Positions 1 to 8,988 of a DNA stretch of 64,000 nt are shown piece after piece. Position 1 is the first letter of the stretch. Each line of letters starts with the position of its first letter. This DNA is from Candidatus Dormiibacterota bacterium (GTDB lineage: Bacteria; Chloroflexota; Dormibacteria; Aeolococcales; Aeolococcaceae). Under the pieces are notes generated by a model that did no database searches, was not told the origin of the DNA, and saw nothing but the letters and a program-made list of their open reading frames with translations. The translations under genes were made by a program, and so were the position numbers. The stretch covers positions 78,292-142,291 of the forward strand of contig CAVVJH010000016.1 of assembly GCA_963748505.1 (NCBI GenBank), in the 5' to 3' direction.

Positions 1-571
1 CCTCGTGATCACCGGCATCTCCCAGGTCGCGTTCAACAATCAGGCCAACGGGAGCCTCATCACATTGCATGGCAAGGTCGTGGGGTCCATGCAGATCGGC
101 CAGAGTTGCCCGCAGGAGACCGCCGCGTCTGACGGGAGCCTGAAGATCACCATCAACACCAGGTATTTCCAGGGACGCCTCTCCTACACGACCAACGCAT
201 CCACCGCTGCGCTGCAGCCGTGCAACGCGGCCAACTCGGTGGGGAGCAACCTCGGGCCCTCCAACCCGATCCTGCTGAAGACGACCAAGGCAGCCGTGGC
301 CGCATACGAGGCAGCCGGCGTCACCGCGCCGGTGCCAATCGACCTCGTCACCTCCGACTTCACCGGCTTCGATCCCGACATCAGCGAGGCTGCGGCTCTC
401 GCGCAGGTGAACATGGTTGCGAACGCCCGAAACCTCGATCCGGGCAAGCTCCTCAACCTCGTGGAATCGCAGGTGCAGGGGCGCATCCTCTGGGTGTTCG
501 GTGAGCCGGTGATCAACGTCCTGCAGTTGAACCTGGCGCTCGACGCCGATCAGCAGAGCCTCGGCCGCTGA
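1..571 (+). CDS. kdpC: K+-transporting ATPase subunit C, C-terminal part (5' end upstream of the window)
   Basis: ORF is open to the window edge. SNLGPSNPILL...PVPIDLVTSDFTGFDPDISEAAALAQV...GRILWVFGEPVINVLQLNLALD matches the conserved KdpC C-terminal signature. Confidence 0.8.
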   Translation, partial: LVITGISQVAFNNQANGSLITLHGKVVGSMQIGQSCPQETAASDGSLKITINTRYFQGRLSYTTNASTAALQPCNAANSVGSNLGPSNPILLKTTKAAVAAYEAAGVTAPVPIDLVTSDFTGFDPDISEAAALAQVNMVANARNLDPGKLLNLVESQVQGRILWVFGEPVINVLQLNLALDADQQSLGR

Positions 572-608
572 AAGCGTCCGCATCGCTGAGCGAGTGCATC
601 ATTAGTCC

Positions 609-1664
609 ATGACCGACACGATCGCGGCGAACGCGGTGCCGGTCCCGACGGCGCAGGTCGGGCGCGGCCACCTACGGGTCTTTCTCGGTGCGACGCCGGG
701 AAGCGGCAAGACCTTCGCGATGCTGCGCGAGGCGCACGATCGACGATCCCAGGGCGAGGACGTCGTCGTGGGGTTCGCGGAGACGCACGGCCGCAAGCTC
801 ACCGAACAGGCCATCGGCAGTCTCGAGGTCATCCCCCGCATCCAGGTGGACTACCGGGGGATGGTGATGGAGGACATGGACCTCGACTCCGTGCTGGCGC
901 GGCATCCGCAGGTCGTTCTCGTCGACGAGCTGGCTCACACCAACGTCCCCGGTCTGCGCCACGAGAAGCGATATCAGGATGTGGACGAGATCCTCGACGC
1001 GGGCATCGACGTGGTCACCACCGTGAACGTCCAGCATCTCGAGTCGGTCAAGGATCTCGCCGAGCACATCACCGGGATTCCGGTGCGCGAGACCCTCCCC
1101 GATCGCGTTCTCGACAATGCCGACGAAATCCAGTTCATCGACATCTCGCCGGAGGCGCTGCGCAAGCGCATGCGTCACGGCAATATCTACGCGCCGGAGA
1201 AGATCGACACGGCGCTGGCGAACTTCTTCAGACCCGGGAACCTTGCCGCGCTCCGGGAGATCGCGCTCCGCCTCGTGGCGCAGACGGTCGGTCGCGCTCG
1301 CAGCGCCGTCCGCGCTTCGCCACAGGATGTCCTGGTCGCGGTCAGCGGTCGACGCAGCAGCGGCCCGCTCATCCGGCGTGCCAGCCGCCTCGCTCGTCGA
1401 TTCGGCGGCTTCTGCACGGTCCTCGTGGTGCTCGGTCGCCATGACGACGAGACCGAACCGGGACGGAGCAAGGCGAAGCAGCTCGCCGAGTTGTTGCAGT
1501 GCGGGTTTCTCGAACGCGAGGGGAAGATCGCCGACACCGTGATCGCAGTCGCGCAGGAACTCGGCGTGCAGCACGTGGTGGTCGGTGAGGCAGAGCACCC
1601 GGCGTACGGGGCAGGCTGCGTCGCGGCCTCGTGGACCGGCTTATCGCGGAGCTACCGGATGTGA
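609..1664 (+). CDS. KdpD N-terminal sensor domain plus Usp-like domain protein (stand-alone, no kinase part); C-terminus frame-broken
   Basis: Walker A GATPGSGKTF, then VLVDELAHTN, TTVNVQHLES and FFRPGNLAALREIALR, as in KdpD_N. A Usp-like region follows. The expected Usp end (LVDRLIAELPDVSVHVV) continues in the frame of ORF 1631..1891, so there is an indel near 1600-1640. Confidence 0.8.
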   Translation: MTDTIAANAVPVPTAQVGRGHLRVFLGATPGSGKTFAMLREAHDRRSQGEDVVVGFAETHGRKLTEQAIGSLEVIPRIQVDYRGMVMEDMDLDSVLARHPQVVLVDELAHTNVPGLRHEKRYQDVDEILDAGIDVVTTVNVQHLESVKDLAEHITGIPVRETLPDRVLDNADEIQFIDISPEALRKRMRHGNIYAPEKIDTALANFFRPGNLAALREIALRLVAQTVGRARSAVRASPQDVLVAVSGRRSSGPLIRRASRLARRFGGFCTVLVVLGRHDDETEPGRSKAKQLAELLQCGFLEREGKIADTVIAVAQELGVQHVVVGEAEHPAYGAGCVAASWTGLSRSYRM

Positions 1665-2814
1665 GTGTGCACGTGGTTGCGCGGAGTGCGGTGTCGAATC
1701 GCGAGGGCTGCTCGCCCCTCCGGAACGCCCGGACTCGGACGCGCTCCTTCGCGCCCTGCACGCCAGTGCCATCCGCTCGGGACTGCGCGTGTACCTCGGG
1801 TACGCGCGCGGCTGCGGCACCACGGTTGCGATGCTCGACGAGGCGACCCGGCGCCGGCAACGCGGCACCGACGTCGTCGTCGCCGCAGTGAAAACCGACG
1901 GTCGGGAACGCGGCGAGGCGGCGCTCAGCGGTCTCGAGGTTCTGGGCGGTCCTGCCTCGCCTGCGGTGCGGGGAGTGGTTGACGTCGAAGCGCTGCTCCG
2001 TCGCAATCCCGAGGTCGCCTGCCTCGACGACCTCGCGTCCCTCGACACGCAGGGACGGCCGATCACCGAGTTAGTCGAACGCCTGCTGCGAGCGGGAATG
2101 ATGCTCATCGCAACGCTGCATCTCACCGATCTCCGCAGCACGCTTGAGGGCATGGGCGCACTGCTCGGCGATCGCTCGGGACCCGTCGTCGATGACCGAT
2201 TCCTCGACGAGATCACGGAGCTTGAGATTGTCGACATCACGCCCTCGCAACTCGACGAACGCCTCCGACGTGGCGAGATCGTTCCGGCGAGCAAGGCCGC
2301 TCAGGCGCGCGCAGGGGCGTTCCGGCCGGAGGTGCTTGCATCGCTCCGCGAGCTGGCATTCCGGATGCTGGCGGAGCACACCGACCGCCGGCTCGTGGCC
2401 TACATGCGGGATCGCGGTATCGAGGCACCGTGGGAGGTGAAGCCGCGGGTCATGCTCTGCGTCCCGCCCCGCCCGGGAATGGAGGATGTCATCGCCCTCA
2501 CGGCAACGCTTGCCGCACGACTCGACGGAAAGATGACCGCGGTGACCGTTCGCGATCGCAAGCGGTCCGAGCAGGAGATGCAATTGCTCGGCGCGTACGC
2601 AGCGCTCACGCACCAGGCGGACGGCGCGTTTGTCACTTTGTACGAACGCGACCCCGCCTCGGCGCTGACTCAGTACGCGAAGAAGATGCTTGCCACGGAA
2701 ATTGTCGTCACCCGCGGACGCGGCCGGCGTGGGACGCTGCGCAAGCTGATCGAATTGTTGACCGACGTCGACGTGCACATCCTCCCGACCCCGCACGAGG
2801 GCGCCACCACCTGA
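1585..2814 (+). CDS. Second KdpD_N/Usp paralog with degenerate P-loop; start uncertain
   Basis: LRVYLGYARGCGTTVAMLDE, ACLDDLASLD, IATLHLTDLRS and AFRPEVLASLRELAFR parallel the previous gene domain for domain, but the Walker A Lys-Thr is lost. ATG 1585 lies inside the previous gene. Alternatives are GTG 1789 or an indel-masked fusion to the previous gene. Confidence 0.7.
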   Translation: MRQSTRRTGQAASRPRGPAYRGATGCECARGCAECGVESRGLLAPPERPDSDALLRALHASAIRSGLRVYLGYARGCGTTVAMLDEATRRRQRGTDVVVAAVKTDGRERGEAALSGLEVLGGPASPAVRGVVDVEALLRRNPEVACLDDLASLDTQGRPITELVERLLRAGMMLIATLHLTDLRSTLEGMGALLGDRSGPVVDDRFLDEITELEIVDITPSQLDERLRRGEIVPASKAAQARAGAFRPEVLASLRELAFRMLAEHTDRRLVAYMRDRGIEAPWEVKPRVMLCVPPRPGMEDVIALTATLAARLDGKMTAVTVRDRKRSEQEMQLLGAYAALTHQADGAFVTLYERDPASALTQYAKKMLATEIVVTRGRGRRGTLRKLIELLTDVDVHILPTPHEGATT

Positions 2815-2818
2815 TTGC

Positions 2819-4011
2819 TCAGGGTGTGACCGCCGGCTCGACGTCGTCCGAGGTCTCGGACGGCCGCGGGCAGGGTGAAGGCGAAGACCGCGCCGGTGCC
2901 CCCTTCCGGGTCGTCAAGCCAGACCCGGCCCGCGTGCGCCTCGACAAGGCCGCGGACGATCGCGAGTTCCGAGCCCCGTTCCCTCCGAGACCGGCTGCTC
3001 TTCGCGAACGAAGCGCTCGAAGAGCCGGTCTTTCACATCGGCAGGGATTCCGGGACCGTGATCGATCACACGGGTGACCACGGTGTCGCGCATGCCAGGC
3101 GCGACGTGGATCTCGATCGCGGTCTTGCGCGGCGCGTAGCGGTCGGCGTTGACCAGCAGGTTGTCGAGCACCTGCCCGAGGCGATCCCAATCGGCGACCG
3201 CCTCCAGCGAACCGGGTTCGGCGACCACACGCACCACACGTTCCGGGCGCACCTGACGGAGCCGATCAGCGGCAGCGCGTGCGGCGTCCCCGACATCGGT
3301 TGGCTCGAGGCGCAACTCGAGCGCATGCCCCTCGATGCGAGCGAGGTCGAGCATGTCACCGACGAGACGATCAAGCCGGCGTGACTGCGCGACGATGCCC
3401 GTCAATCCGTGGCGCACGACGCCGGAGAGATCGGTGCGAGCCAGCAGCACCGTGGCGCCGGTGAGGATGCTGGCGAGCGGGGTGCGCAACTCGTGACTCA
3501 CGTTCTGCAGCAGTTCGCGGCGGATGCGATCGGCGTCGCGGAGCGCGGAGACCTGTTGCTGCGTCTGGGCAAGTCGGACAGCGGTGCGCGCCGCAGCGGC
3601 CTGCTCCGTGTACAGCCGCTCCAGTTCGATGTTGGCGTCGCGCAGCGTCGCAGACAGCGCTCGAGCGTCGATATTCGAGCGGCGCCGTTGCGCCGCGACC
3701 GCGCCGACCGCACCCGCCGTAACGAAGAAGACCAGTACGTACGCAACGTCACTGGCGCGGTCGATGTTGAACGTGTCGATCGGCGGGACGAAGTAGTAGT
3801 CGGTGAGCACTGCGGAGACCGCGGCTGCGACCAATGCCGGAATGAGGCCGGTTGTCAGGCCGAGGGAGGCGACAATGCCGAGATACAGGAACACATAGGC
3901 GAGCGCATCGGCGCGCGGCAGACGGGTCAGCGCAGCCGTCAACAGGAGCGGTCCGACGACGGCAATTGCAATGCCGAGGCTCATGATCCGATCCACGCGT
4001 GGGCGTGTCAT
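2819..4011 (-). CDS. Membrane histidine kinase resembling the KdpD C-terminal half (DUF4118-like TM region, HisKA, HATPase_c), frameshifted in the G2 box
   Basis: Four TM helices, then the H-box LLQNVSHELRTPLASI and the N-box VLDNLLVNADRYAP. ORF 2914..4011 ends GTGLGTRDRP. Removing one base at ~2967 restores GTGLGLAIVRGLVEAHAGRVWLDDPEGGTGAVFAFTLP. The true stop is unclear. Confidence 0.8.
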
Positions 4012-4023
4012 TCGTGCCAGGGA

Positions 4024-4887
4024 TCAGGAGGCGCGCACGTGCTCGTTCAGCGCCTCGACGAGCCGGCTCGACGCCGCTTGCAGCCCGTACTCGGCCATCA
4101 AGCCGTTGAGCTCCTCCGGATCGGCGGGATAGTGCGCCCGGCTACCCTCCGGTAGTTCGATCGGCAGGTCGGGCACCGGTGGCACGACGCGTTGCGCGCG
4201 GCTGAGGTACTCGTGGTCGTGCTCACTGAGCCGGCGCGCCTCCAGCAACTGGTCGACACCGCCGTACTGACGAATCATCGATGCCGCCGCGACGGCGCCC
4301 ACTCCCTTCAGACCCGGGAGGCCGTCGGAAGGATCGCCCCGCAGCATCGCGAAGTCCGCATAGCGGCGTCCGGGAATCCCATACCTCCGGGTGACCTCCG
4401 CCTCGTCGACGACGCCCCAGGCGCCCTTTTCCGGGTAGAGAACCCGGACCCGGGGATCCTCGATGAGCGCGAACAGGTCGCGATCGCCGCTGACGATCTC
4501 CACGGTGCCGCTCGTCTTCGCGGTCCACGTGGAGATCACGTCCTCGGCCTCATAGTCCGCGACCCCGAGCCGGTCGATGCCGATCGCTGCCAGGAAGGCA
4601 TCGATGACCGGCATCTGCGGAATGAGTCCGGGGGGAATCGGCTCGGCGACCCGCTGGGCCTTGTATCCGGGGATCAGTGCCACGCGCCAGTCCGGCCGCC
4701 AGTCGGCGTCACTTGCGACGGCAAGGTGCCGCGGATCGCGGGTGCCGAGCAGCCGCGTCAGAGTCTCGAGGAATCCGCGGCCCGCGTTGATGAGCTTCCC
4801 ATCAGGCGACCTGACGCTTTTGGGGACCCCGTAGAAGGCGCGGAAGATGAGGCTCGACCCGTCGACGAAAAGCCAGTCGCATGCCAT
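4024..4887 (-). CDS. 5'-3' exonuclease (FEN/PIN plus H3TH, Pol I N-terminal-like)
   Basis: LFVDGSSLIFRAFYGVP, VASDADWRPDWR, IVSGDRDLFAL, MLRGDPSDGLPGLKGVG. Confidence 0.85.
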   Translation of the reverse strand: MACDWLFVDGSSLIFRAFYGVPKSVRSPDGKLINAGRGFLETLTRLLGTRDPRHLAVASDADWRPDWRVALIPGYKAQRVAEPIPPGLIPQMPVIDAFLAAIGIDRLGVADYEAEDVISTWTAKTSGTVEIVSGDRDLFALIEDPRVRVLYPEKGAWGVVDEAEVTRRYGIPGRRYADFAMLRGDPSDGLPGLKGVGAVAAASMIRQYGGVDQLLEARRLSEHDHEYLSRAQRVVPPVPDLPIELPEGSRAHYPADPEELNGLMAEYGLQAASSRLVEALNEHVRAS

Positions 4888-4942
4888 CGGCGATCATCCT
4901 ACGTGCGATGGTGGGGCACCCAGTGATTGCGGAGGACCTTGC

Positions 4943-5911
4943 ATGGCGACGCCACTCGACGCGCCGGCGCTGATCGAGGCGATCGCCGGCCGGTTGGCCG
5001 ACGCTTATATCTTTCCGGACCGCGCTGAGACGGCCGTGGCGTTGCTGCGGACCAACCTCGCAGCCGGCCGCTACGACGCGCCGGTTGGGGAAGCGGTCTG
5101 CCAGCTCGTCAATGACGACCTGCTCGTCGCCTGCGATGACAAGCACCTCCGTCTCATCTGGCACGAGGCCGGCGACACAGGAGATGCGCCGCAGAGCGAC
5201 GAGGAGTTGATCGCCGAGCTGCGCGAGATGTTCCGCCTTGAGAACCACGGCATCAAGCGTGTCGAGCGCCTCGCGGGCAACATCGGGCTCATCGAGTTGA
5301 CGGTCATTCCCGATGCAGCGGCAGCGGGTGACGCCATCGCGGCGGCGTTCGAACTGGTGCAGCACACCTACGGGCTGATCCTCGACCTCCGCGGATGTCG
5401 CGGCGGTGCGCCGGACGGCGAGGCATATCTCTGCAGCTTCCTGTTTGCGGACAGCGAGGTGCATCTGAGCGATGTGATCGAAGGGCCGCAGGGTCCGACG
5501 CGTCAGTTCTGGACCTCGGGCTACCTCCCCGCGCCGCGCTACCTGGACCGGCCGGTGTCGGTGCTCGTGAGTGCGGTGACGTTCTCCGGCGGCGAGGCGC
5601 TCGCCTACGACTTGCAGGCGCAGCGGCGCGCGACGGTGTTTGGTGACGTGACCCGAGGCGGCGCGCACCCATCGACCGTGCTGTCGCTCGGGGAGAATGT
5701 GGAGTTGCGGCTGCCGACCGCCAGGACGGTCAACCCCGTCACCGGCGGCAACTGGGAGGGCGTTGGTGTGCAACCCGATACCGCGGTGCCTGCCATCGGT
5801 GCGCTGGACACGGCCTATGGCGTGATGCTGGATGCATTGCTGGAAAGGCCGGAATTGCCCGCGTCAGCGCGCGAAGAAGCCGCTCTTGCCCGGCGCGCCT
5901 TGATGCCCTGA
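4943..5911 (+). CDS. S41-family (tail-specific/IRBP-like) peptidase
   Basis: In-frame ATG at 4943. Motifs LILDLRGCRGG and VSVLVSAVTFSGGEALAYDLQAQRRATVFGDVTRGG. Confidence 0.7.
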   Translation: MATPLDAPALIEAIAGRLADAYIFPDRAETAVALLRTNLAAGRYDAPVGEAVCQLVNDDLLVACDDKHLRLIWHEAGDTGDAPQSDEELIAELREMFRLENHGIKRVERLAGNIGLIELTVIPDAAAAGDAIAAAFELVQHTYGLILDLRGCRGGAPDGEAYLCSFLFADSEVHLSDVIEGPQGPTRQFWTSGYLPAPRYLDRPVSVLVSAVTFSGGEALAYDLQAQRRATVFGDVTRGGAHPSTVLSLGENVELRLPTARTVNPVTGGNWEGVGVQPDTAVPAIGALDTAYGVMLDALLERPELPASAREEAALARRALMP

Positions 5912-6501
5912 TGGATGAGCTCCCCGAGCTGATCGTCGCCGACGCGGCCGCGTGGCACGCGTGGCTCACCAAGCACCATGGCGATGCAGCAGGTGTGCGC
6001 TTGGTGCTCGCCAAGAAGGCGGTCACGCAGCCCACCAGTCTCACCTATGCCGAGGCGCTCGACGAGGCGCTCTGTCACGGCTGGATCGACGGTCAGACCG
6101 GTCGACGCGACGACACCACCTTCCGCCAGCGATTCACGCCGCGACGCGCGCGGAGCATCTGGTCGGCGCGCAATGTCGGCATCATCGACCGGCTTCGTGC
6201 AGAAGGGCGCATGCACCCCGCAGGCGAGGCCGAGGTTGCGCGCGCCCAGGCCGACGGGCGATGGGCGGCCGCATATGGCGGGTCGTCGAGTATTGCAATG
6301 CCGGACGAGCTCATCGCCGCCCTTGCTGCCAAGCCGAAAGCGCAGGCGATGTTCGACATCCTCACCAGCCAGAACCGCTACGCGATCCTCTTCCGGATCG
6401 CCGGTGCCAAACAGGCGGCTACTCGAGCGCGACGCATCACACAATTCGTCGACATGCTCGAGCGCGGCGAGACCATCTACCCGCAGAAACGAGGTCTCTG
6501 A
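5911..6501 (+). CDS. YdeI/OmpD-associated family protein
   Basis: AWHAWLTKHH...LTYAEALDEALCHGWIDGQ...RQRFTPRRARSIWSARNV...AMFDILTSQNRYAILFRI. The ATG overlaps the upstream stop codon. Confidence 0.7.
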   Translation: MDELPELIVADAAAWHAWLTKHHGDAAGVRLVLAKKAVTQPTSLTYAEALDEALCHGWIDGQTGRRDDTTFRQRFTPRRARSIWSARNVGIIDRLRAEGRMHPAGEAEVARAQADGRWAAAYGGSSSIAMPDELIAALAAKPKAQAMFDILTSQNRYAILFRIAGAKQAATRARRITQFVDMLERGETIYPQKRGL

Positions 6502-6512
6502 GAGGCCGCGCG

Positions 6513-6827
6513 TTACTCTGCCCGCGGTTCGGCCGGCGGCAGCGGGTTCGTGCTCGCCGGCACGGGAGATCCGGGGAGCGTCTCCTCGACAGCACGGACC
6601 TGTGGTCCGGCCGGGAGCGTTCCGGCGGGTGCTGACGGAGTCAGCGGCTGCGAGGTGTTCGATGGCTGCGCGACCGGCGGTGGTGCCTGTGCATCGACCG
6701 GCGCTGCACCGTCGAGCGGCGGCGGTTCTGGCGGGGCCGCCTGTTCTTGCTGCATCTTGTCGACCTGTCGCTCAATCGCGCGCTGCGCATCCGCCGCGGT
6801 CTTTTTCAAGTCGTCGATAAAACCCAT
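6513..6827 (-). CDS. Small proline-rich hypothetical protein
   Basis: ORF 6513..6860. The internal ATG at 6827 has a GAGGG about 10 nt upstream, whereas GTG 6860 has no SD. The product is helical at the N-terminus followed by a Pro/Ala-rich tail. Confidence 0.4.
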   Translation of the reverse strand: MGFIDDLKKTAADAQRAIERQVDKMQQEQAAPPEPPPLDGAAPVDAQAPPPVAQPSNTSQPLTPSAPAGTLPAGPQVRAVEETLPGSPVPASTNPLPPAEPRAE

Positions 6828-6901
6828 GGACCATGCCCTCGTGGACGATTCCTTTGCCACAGGATAGGTGGTTGCACGACGCGGTGATCCGAGGGTCCGG
6901 G

Positions 6902-7336
6902 CTAGAGCGCTTCGCGGATCATTGCCGCGTGCTCGTCCAGGCGTGCACGTGCCGGTTCTCTCCCGTACTCCGGCGGGAATTTGAAACCAAACCGGTCACC
7001 CGTGGTTCGTGGGATGAGATGGACATGCACATGCGGCACCTCCTGCCCCGCAGCCTCGCCGTCAGCGACAAACACATTCACGCCATCACACGGCAGACCG
7101 CTCGCGCGGAGGCCGCGATTGAGGCGGGTCACGACGTCCCAGACCCGCGTTAGCGTTCGCGGTTCGACTTCGTTCAGCAGCACCGAGTGTTCGCGCGGGA
7201 CCACGAGCAGATGTCCGTCATAGACGGGCCGGATGTCCATGAATGCGATGACCAACTCGTCCTCATGGAGCAGACTGGCATCGCCGTTTCGATGCGCGAT
7301 CGCGCAGAAGACGCAGGTGGGATCGACCCCGCTCAC
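6902..7336 (-). CDS. HIT-family (histidine triad) hydrolase
   Basis: CVFCAI...NVFVADGEAAGQEVPHVHVHLIP. Confidence 0.85.
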   Translation of the reverse strand: MSGVDPTCVFCAIAHRNGDASLLHEDELVIAFMDIRPVYDGHLLVVPREHSVLLNEVEPRTLTRVWDVVTRLNRGLRASGLPCDGVNVFVADGEAAGQEVPHVHVHLIPRTTGDRFGFKFPPEYGREPARARLDEHAAMIREAL

Positions 7337-7611
7337 TCAGGTGTCGAGGACACCGCGACCAACCGCTGGAATGCGCGCGACGGCGAGCGAAGCATGGCGC
7401 GCCGCGGAACCGTGATCTGCGCAATGAGGATCGCGAGCACGAGCACCGACTGATCCGCGGTTGAGCCCGGGTTGGCAGACCCGGTGAGGCGGAACACCAA
7501 GCCGATGACTGCGACGACCACAACCAGCAACGCTTGCTTGGTTGCGAACCTTGCGAAGCGATGCGCTTTGCTGTGTTCGCTCAGATTCTCTTTGGAAAAT
7601 CCCCCTTCCAT
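7333..7611 (-). CDS. Small membrane protein, hypothetical
   Basis: Two hydrophobic helices (LLVVVVAVIGLVF, VLVLAILIAQI). Its stop overlaps the HIT start by 4 nt. Confidence 0.4.
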   Translation of the reverse strand: MEGGFSKENLSEHSKAHRFARFATKQALLVVVVAVIGLVFRLTGSANPGSTADQSVLVLAILIAQITVPRRAMLRSPSRAFQRLVAVSSTPE

Positions 7612-7654
7612 TGGACCATGCTAACCAAAGGGGACTTACATTTCAATGGGCAAT

Positions 7655-7675
7655 TTTGCGCACGTCTTCTGCGCA
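7655..7675. promoter_or_regulatory. Perfect inverted repeat TTGCGCA-N7-TGCGCAA in a locally AT-richer island upstream of the 7611 operon
   Basis: Read directly from the sequence. It lies 45-65 nt upstream of the start at 7611. Confidence 0.25.
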
Positions 7676-7786
7676 ATTCGGCCAGTGCCTGGACGTAAGA
7701 CCTGGTACTGATGACGTGACAAGCATCGTCATACGAAGACCGAGCAATCAGATGATGCGCCTGCATGCCGCACGCGCTGCCCGCAC

Positions 7787-7805
7787 CCCGGCCACAAGGG
7801 CCGGG
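7787..7805 (-). terminator. GC-rich hairpin CCCGGCC-N5-GGCCGGG about 45 nt downstream of the stop of gene 7850..8125
   Basis: 7-bp all-GC stem. No U-tract follows. Confidence 0.3.
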
Positions 7806-7849
7806 ATGTGGGCACCGGCGCCACGAATGGCTGCGCAACTAACTGCCGG

Positions 7850-8125
7850 CTACCCGACGATGATGTTGTGGACCGGCGAGACGACCGGATCGCCGGGCTC
7901 GACGCCGAGGCCGAGGAGAATGGGCATCAGGGTGGCGCCGAAGGCCTCGAAGTCTTCCATCGAGTCCCAGTTGTCAAAGATCTGGACGTTGCCGTCCCCG
8001 GTCACCGCGACATGATGGGTCCGTCCCGCTGGAGCTCCAGCGCCGGCGGCTTCGAGCTGCTTGATCGCCGCGTCGTACTGCTCGGTCGTGAATTTGCCGT
8101 GGGCGAAGTAGATTCCGATTCCCAT
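7850..8125 (-). CDS. Small hypothetical protein (91 aa)
   Basis: Clean ORF with non-shadow-like composition: MGIGIYFAHGKFTTEQYDAAIKQLE... Confidence 0.45.
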   Translation of the reverse strand: MGIGIYFAHGKFTTEQYDAAIKQLEAAGAGAPAGRTHHVAVTGDGNVQIFDNWDSMEDFEAFGATLMPILLGLGVEPGDPVVSPVHNIIVG

Positions 8126-8192
8126 TCTGGGCCTCCCAAACGCCGACCGCCTCTGGAAATGAGTAGCGGTCGCGCAACCCTATCCCGTAAGA

Positions 8193-8225
8193 TAGCTAGA
8201 AGTCAAGTAACTAGAAAGAGAGCTA
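8193..8225. promoter_or_regulatory. AT-rich divergent promoter region with repeat TAGCTAGAA-N9-ACTAGAAAG-N3-AGCTA; candidate MarR operator
   Basis: Lies between divergent genes 8125(-) and 8233(+). The outer TAGCT/AGCTA are inverted and the inner (G/A)CTAGAA are direct. Confidence 0.3.
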
Positions 8226-8232
8226 TATTCCA

Positions 8233-8988
8233 TTGACTGACGTCGTTCTCGTCAGCATCCCTGACGACTTCGAGCGTGAGTTCCCGGGAGCCAGCCGATC
8301 CGCAGCCGTGGTGGTGCCCAACCTGGTACGAACGGCCGCGCTGCTGATCGCCGAGATCGAGCGACGGTCGCGCGAGGCAGCCGATCTGTCCGCCAGCGCC
8401 TTCCAGACCCTCGCGATCCTTGACGGCGCGGATGCCCCACTGAGTGCACATGCCATCGCCGAACAGCTCCTCGTCACCAGCGCGAGCATGACCTCGCTGC
8501 TCGACACACTGGAACGTCGCGGCCTGATCGAACGCCACCGGCATCCCACCGACCGTCGGATGGTCCAGATCCACCTCACCGAGCAGGCACGAAGGATCGT
8601 CGACAAGGTCCTCCCAGCCATCCAGGCGACGATCACGAGCGCACTGACCGGCGTCGCCGAGCCCGAACGCGAGCGGCTGACCACGTCGTTGGCGTCGATC
8701 CAGGCGCAGCTCAACACCCTTGCGCAAGTCAGCCGGCGCCCGCCGCACAACCACGCCGAAATCCCCGGACGGGGGCTCAGCTACGCGGATGAGCGGTTGA
8801 GTTACTGGAACCAGCCGGCGACGTCCAGGATCGCGTTGATCGTCCCGACAGGCATTGTACAGAGCGACACGTCGCCGGCGACCGGCCCCGTCTGCGCAAC
8901 GCCCACGATAGAAAGGTTCGCGATGACCTCCCCAGCGACCGGGTTCAAATCGGATGCGCGCGGACGCGGAGCGACGTTGGATGGGTAG
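8233..8988 (+). CDS. MarR-family transcriptional regulator (3' end probably over-extended)
   Basis: Winged-helix core LSAHAIAEQLLVTSASMTSLLDTLERRGLIERHRHPTDRRMVQIHLT. The last ~65 codons are antisense to the convergent gene (SYWNQPATS = reverse of GWFQ-stop), so a missed stop near 8790-8800 is likely. Confidence 0.75.
   Translation: MTDVVLVSIPDDFEREFPGASRSAAVVVPNLVRTAALLIAEIERRSREAADLSASAFQTLAILDGADAPLSAHAIAEQLLVTSASMTSLLDTLERRGLIERHRHPTDRRMVQIHLTEQARRIVDKVLPAIQATITSALTGVAEPERERLTTSLASIQAQLNTLAQVSRRPPHNHAEIPGRGLSYADERLSYWNQPATSRIALIVPTGIVQSDTSPATGPVCATPTIERFAMTSPATGFKSDARGRGATLDG

Noticed and set aside
2964-2971. Identical octamer GAGTTCCG at two frameshift sites (2964-2971 and 52220-52227), suggesting a motif-specific, for example methylation-linked, basecalling error
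   Set aside because: There are only two cases. The PfkB break can equally be placed in the adjacent C5 run, and the other resolvable breaks have different contexts.
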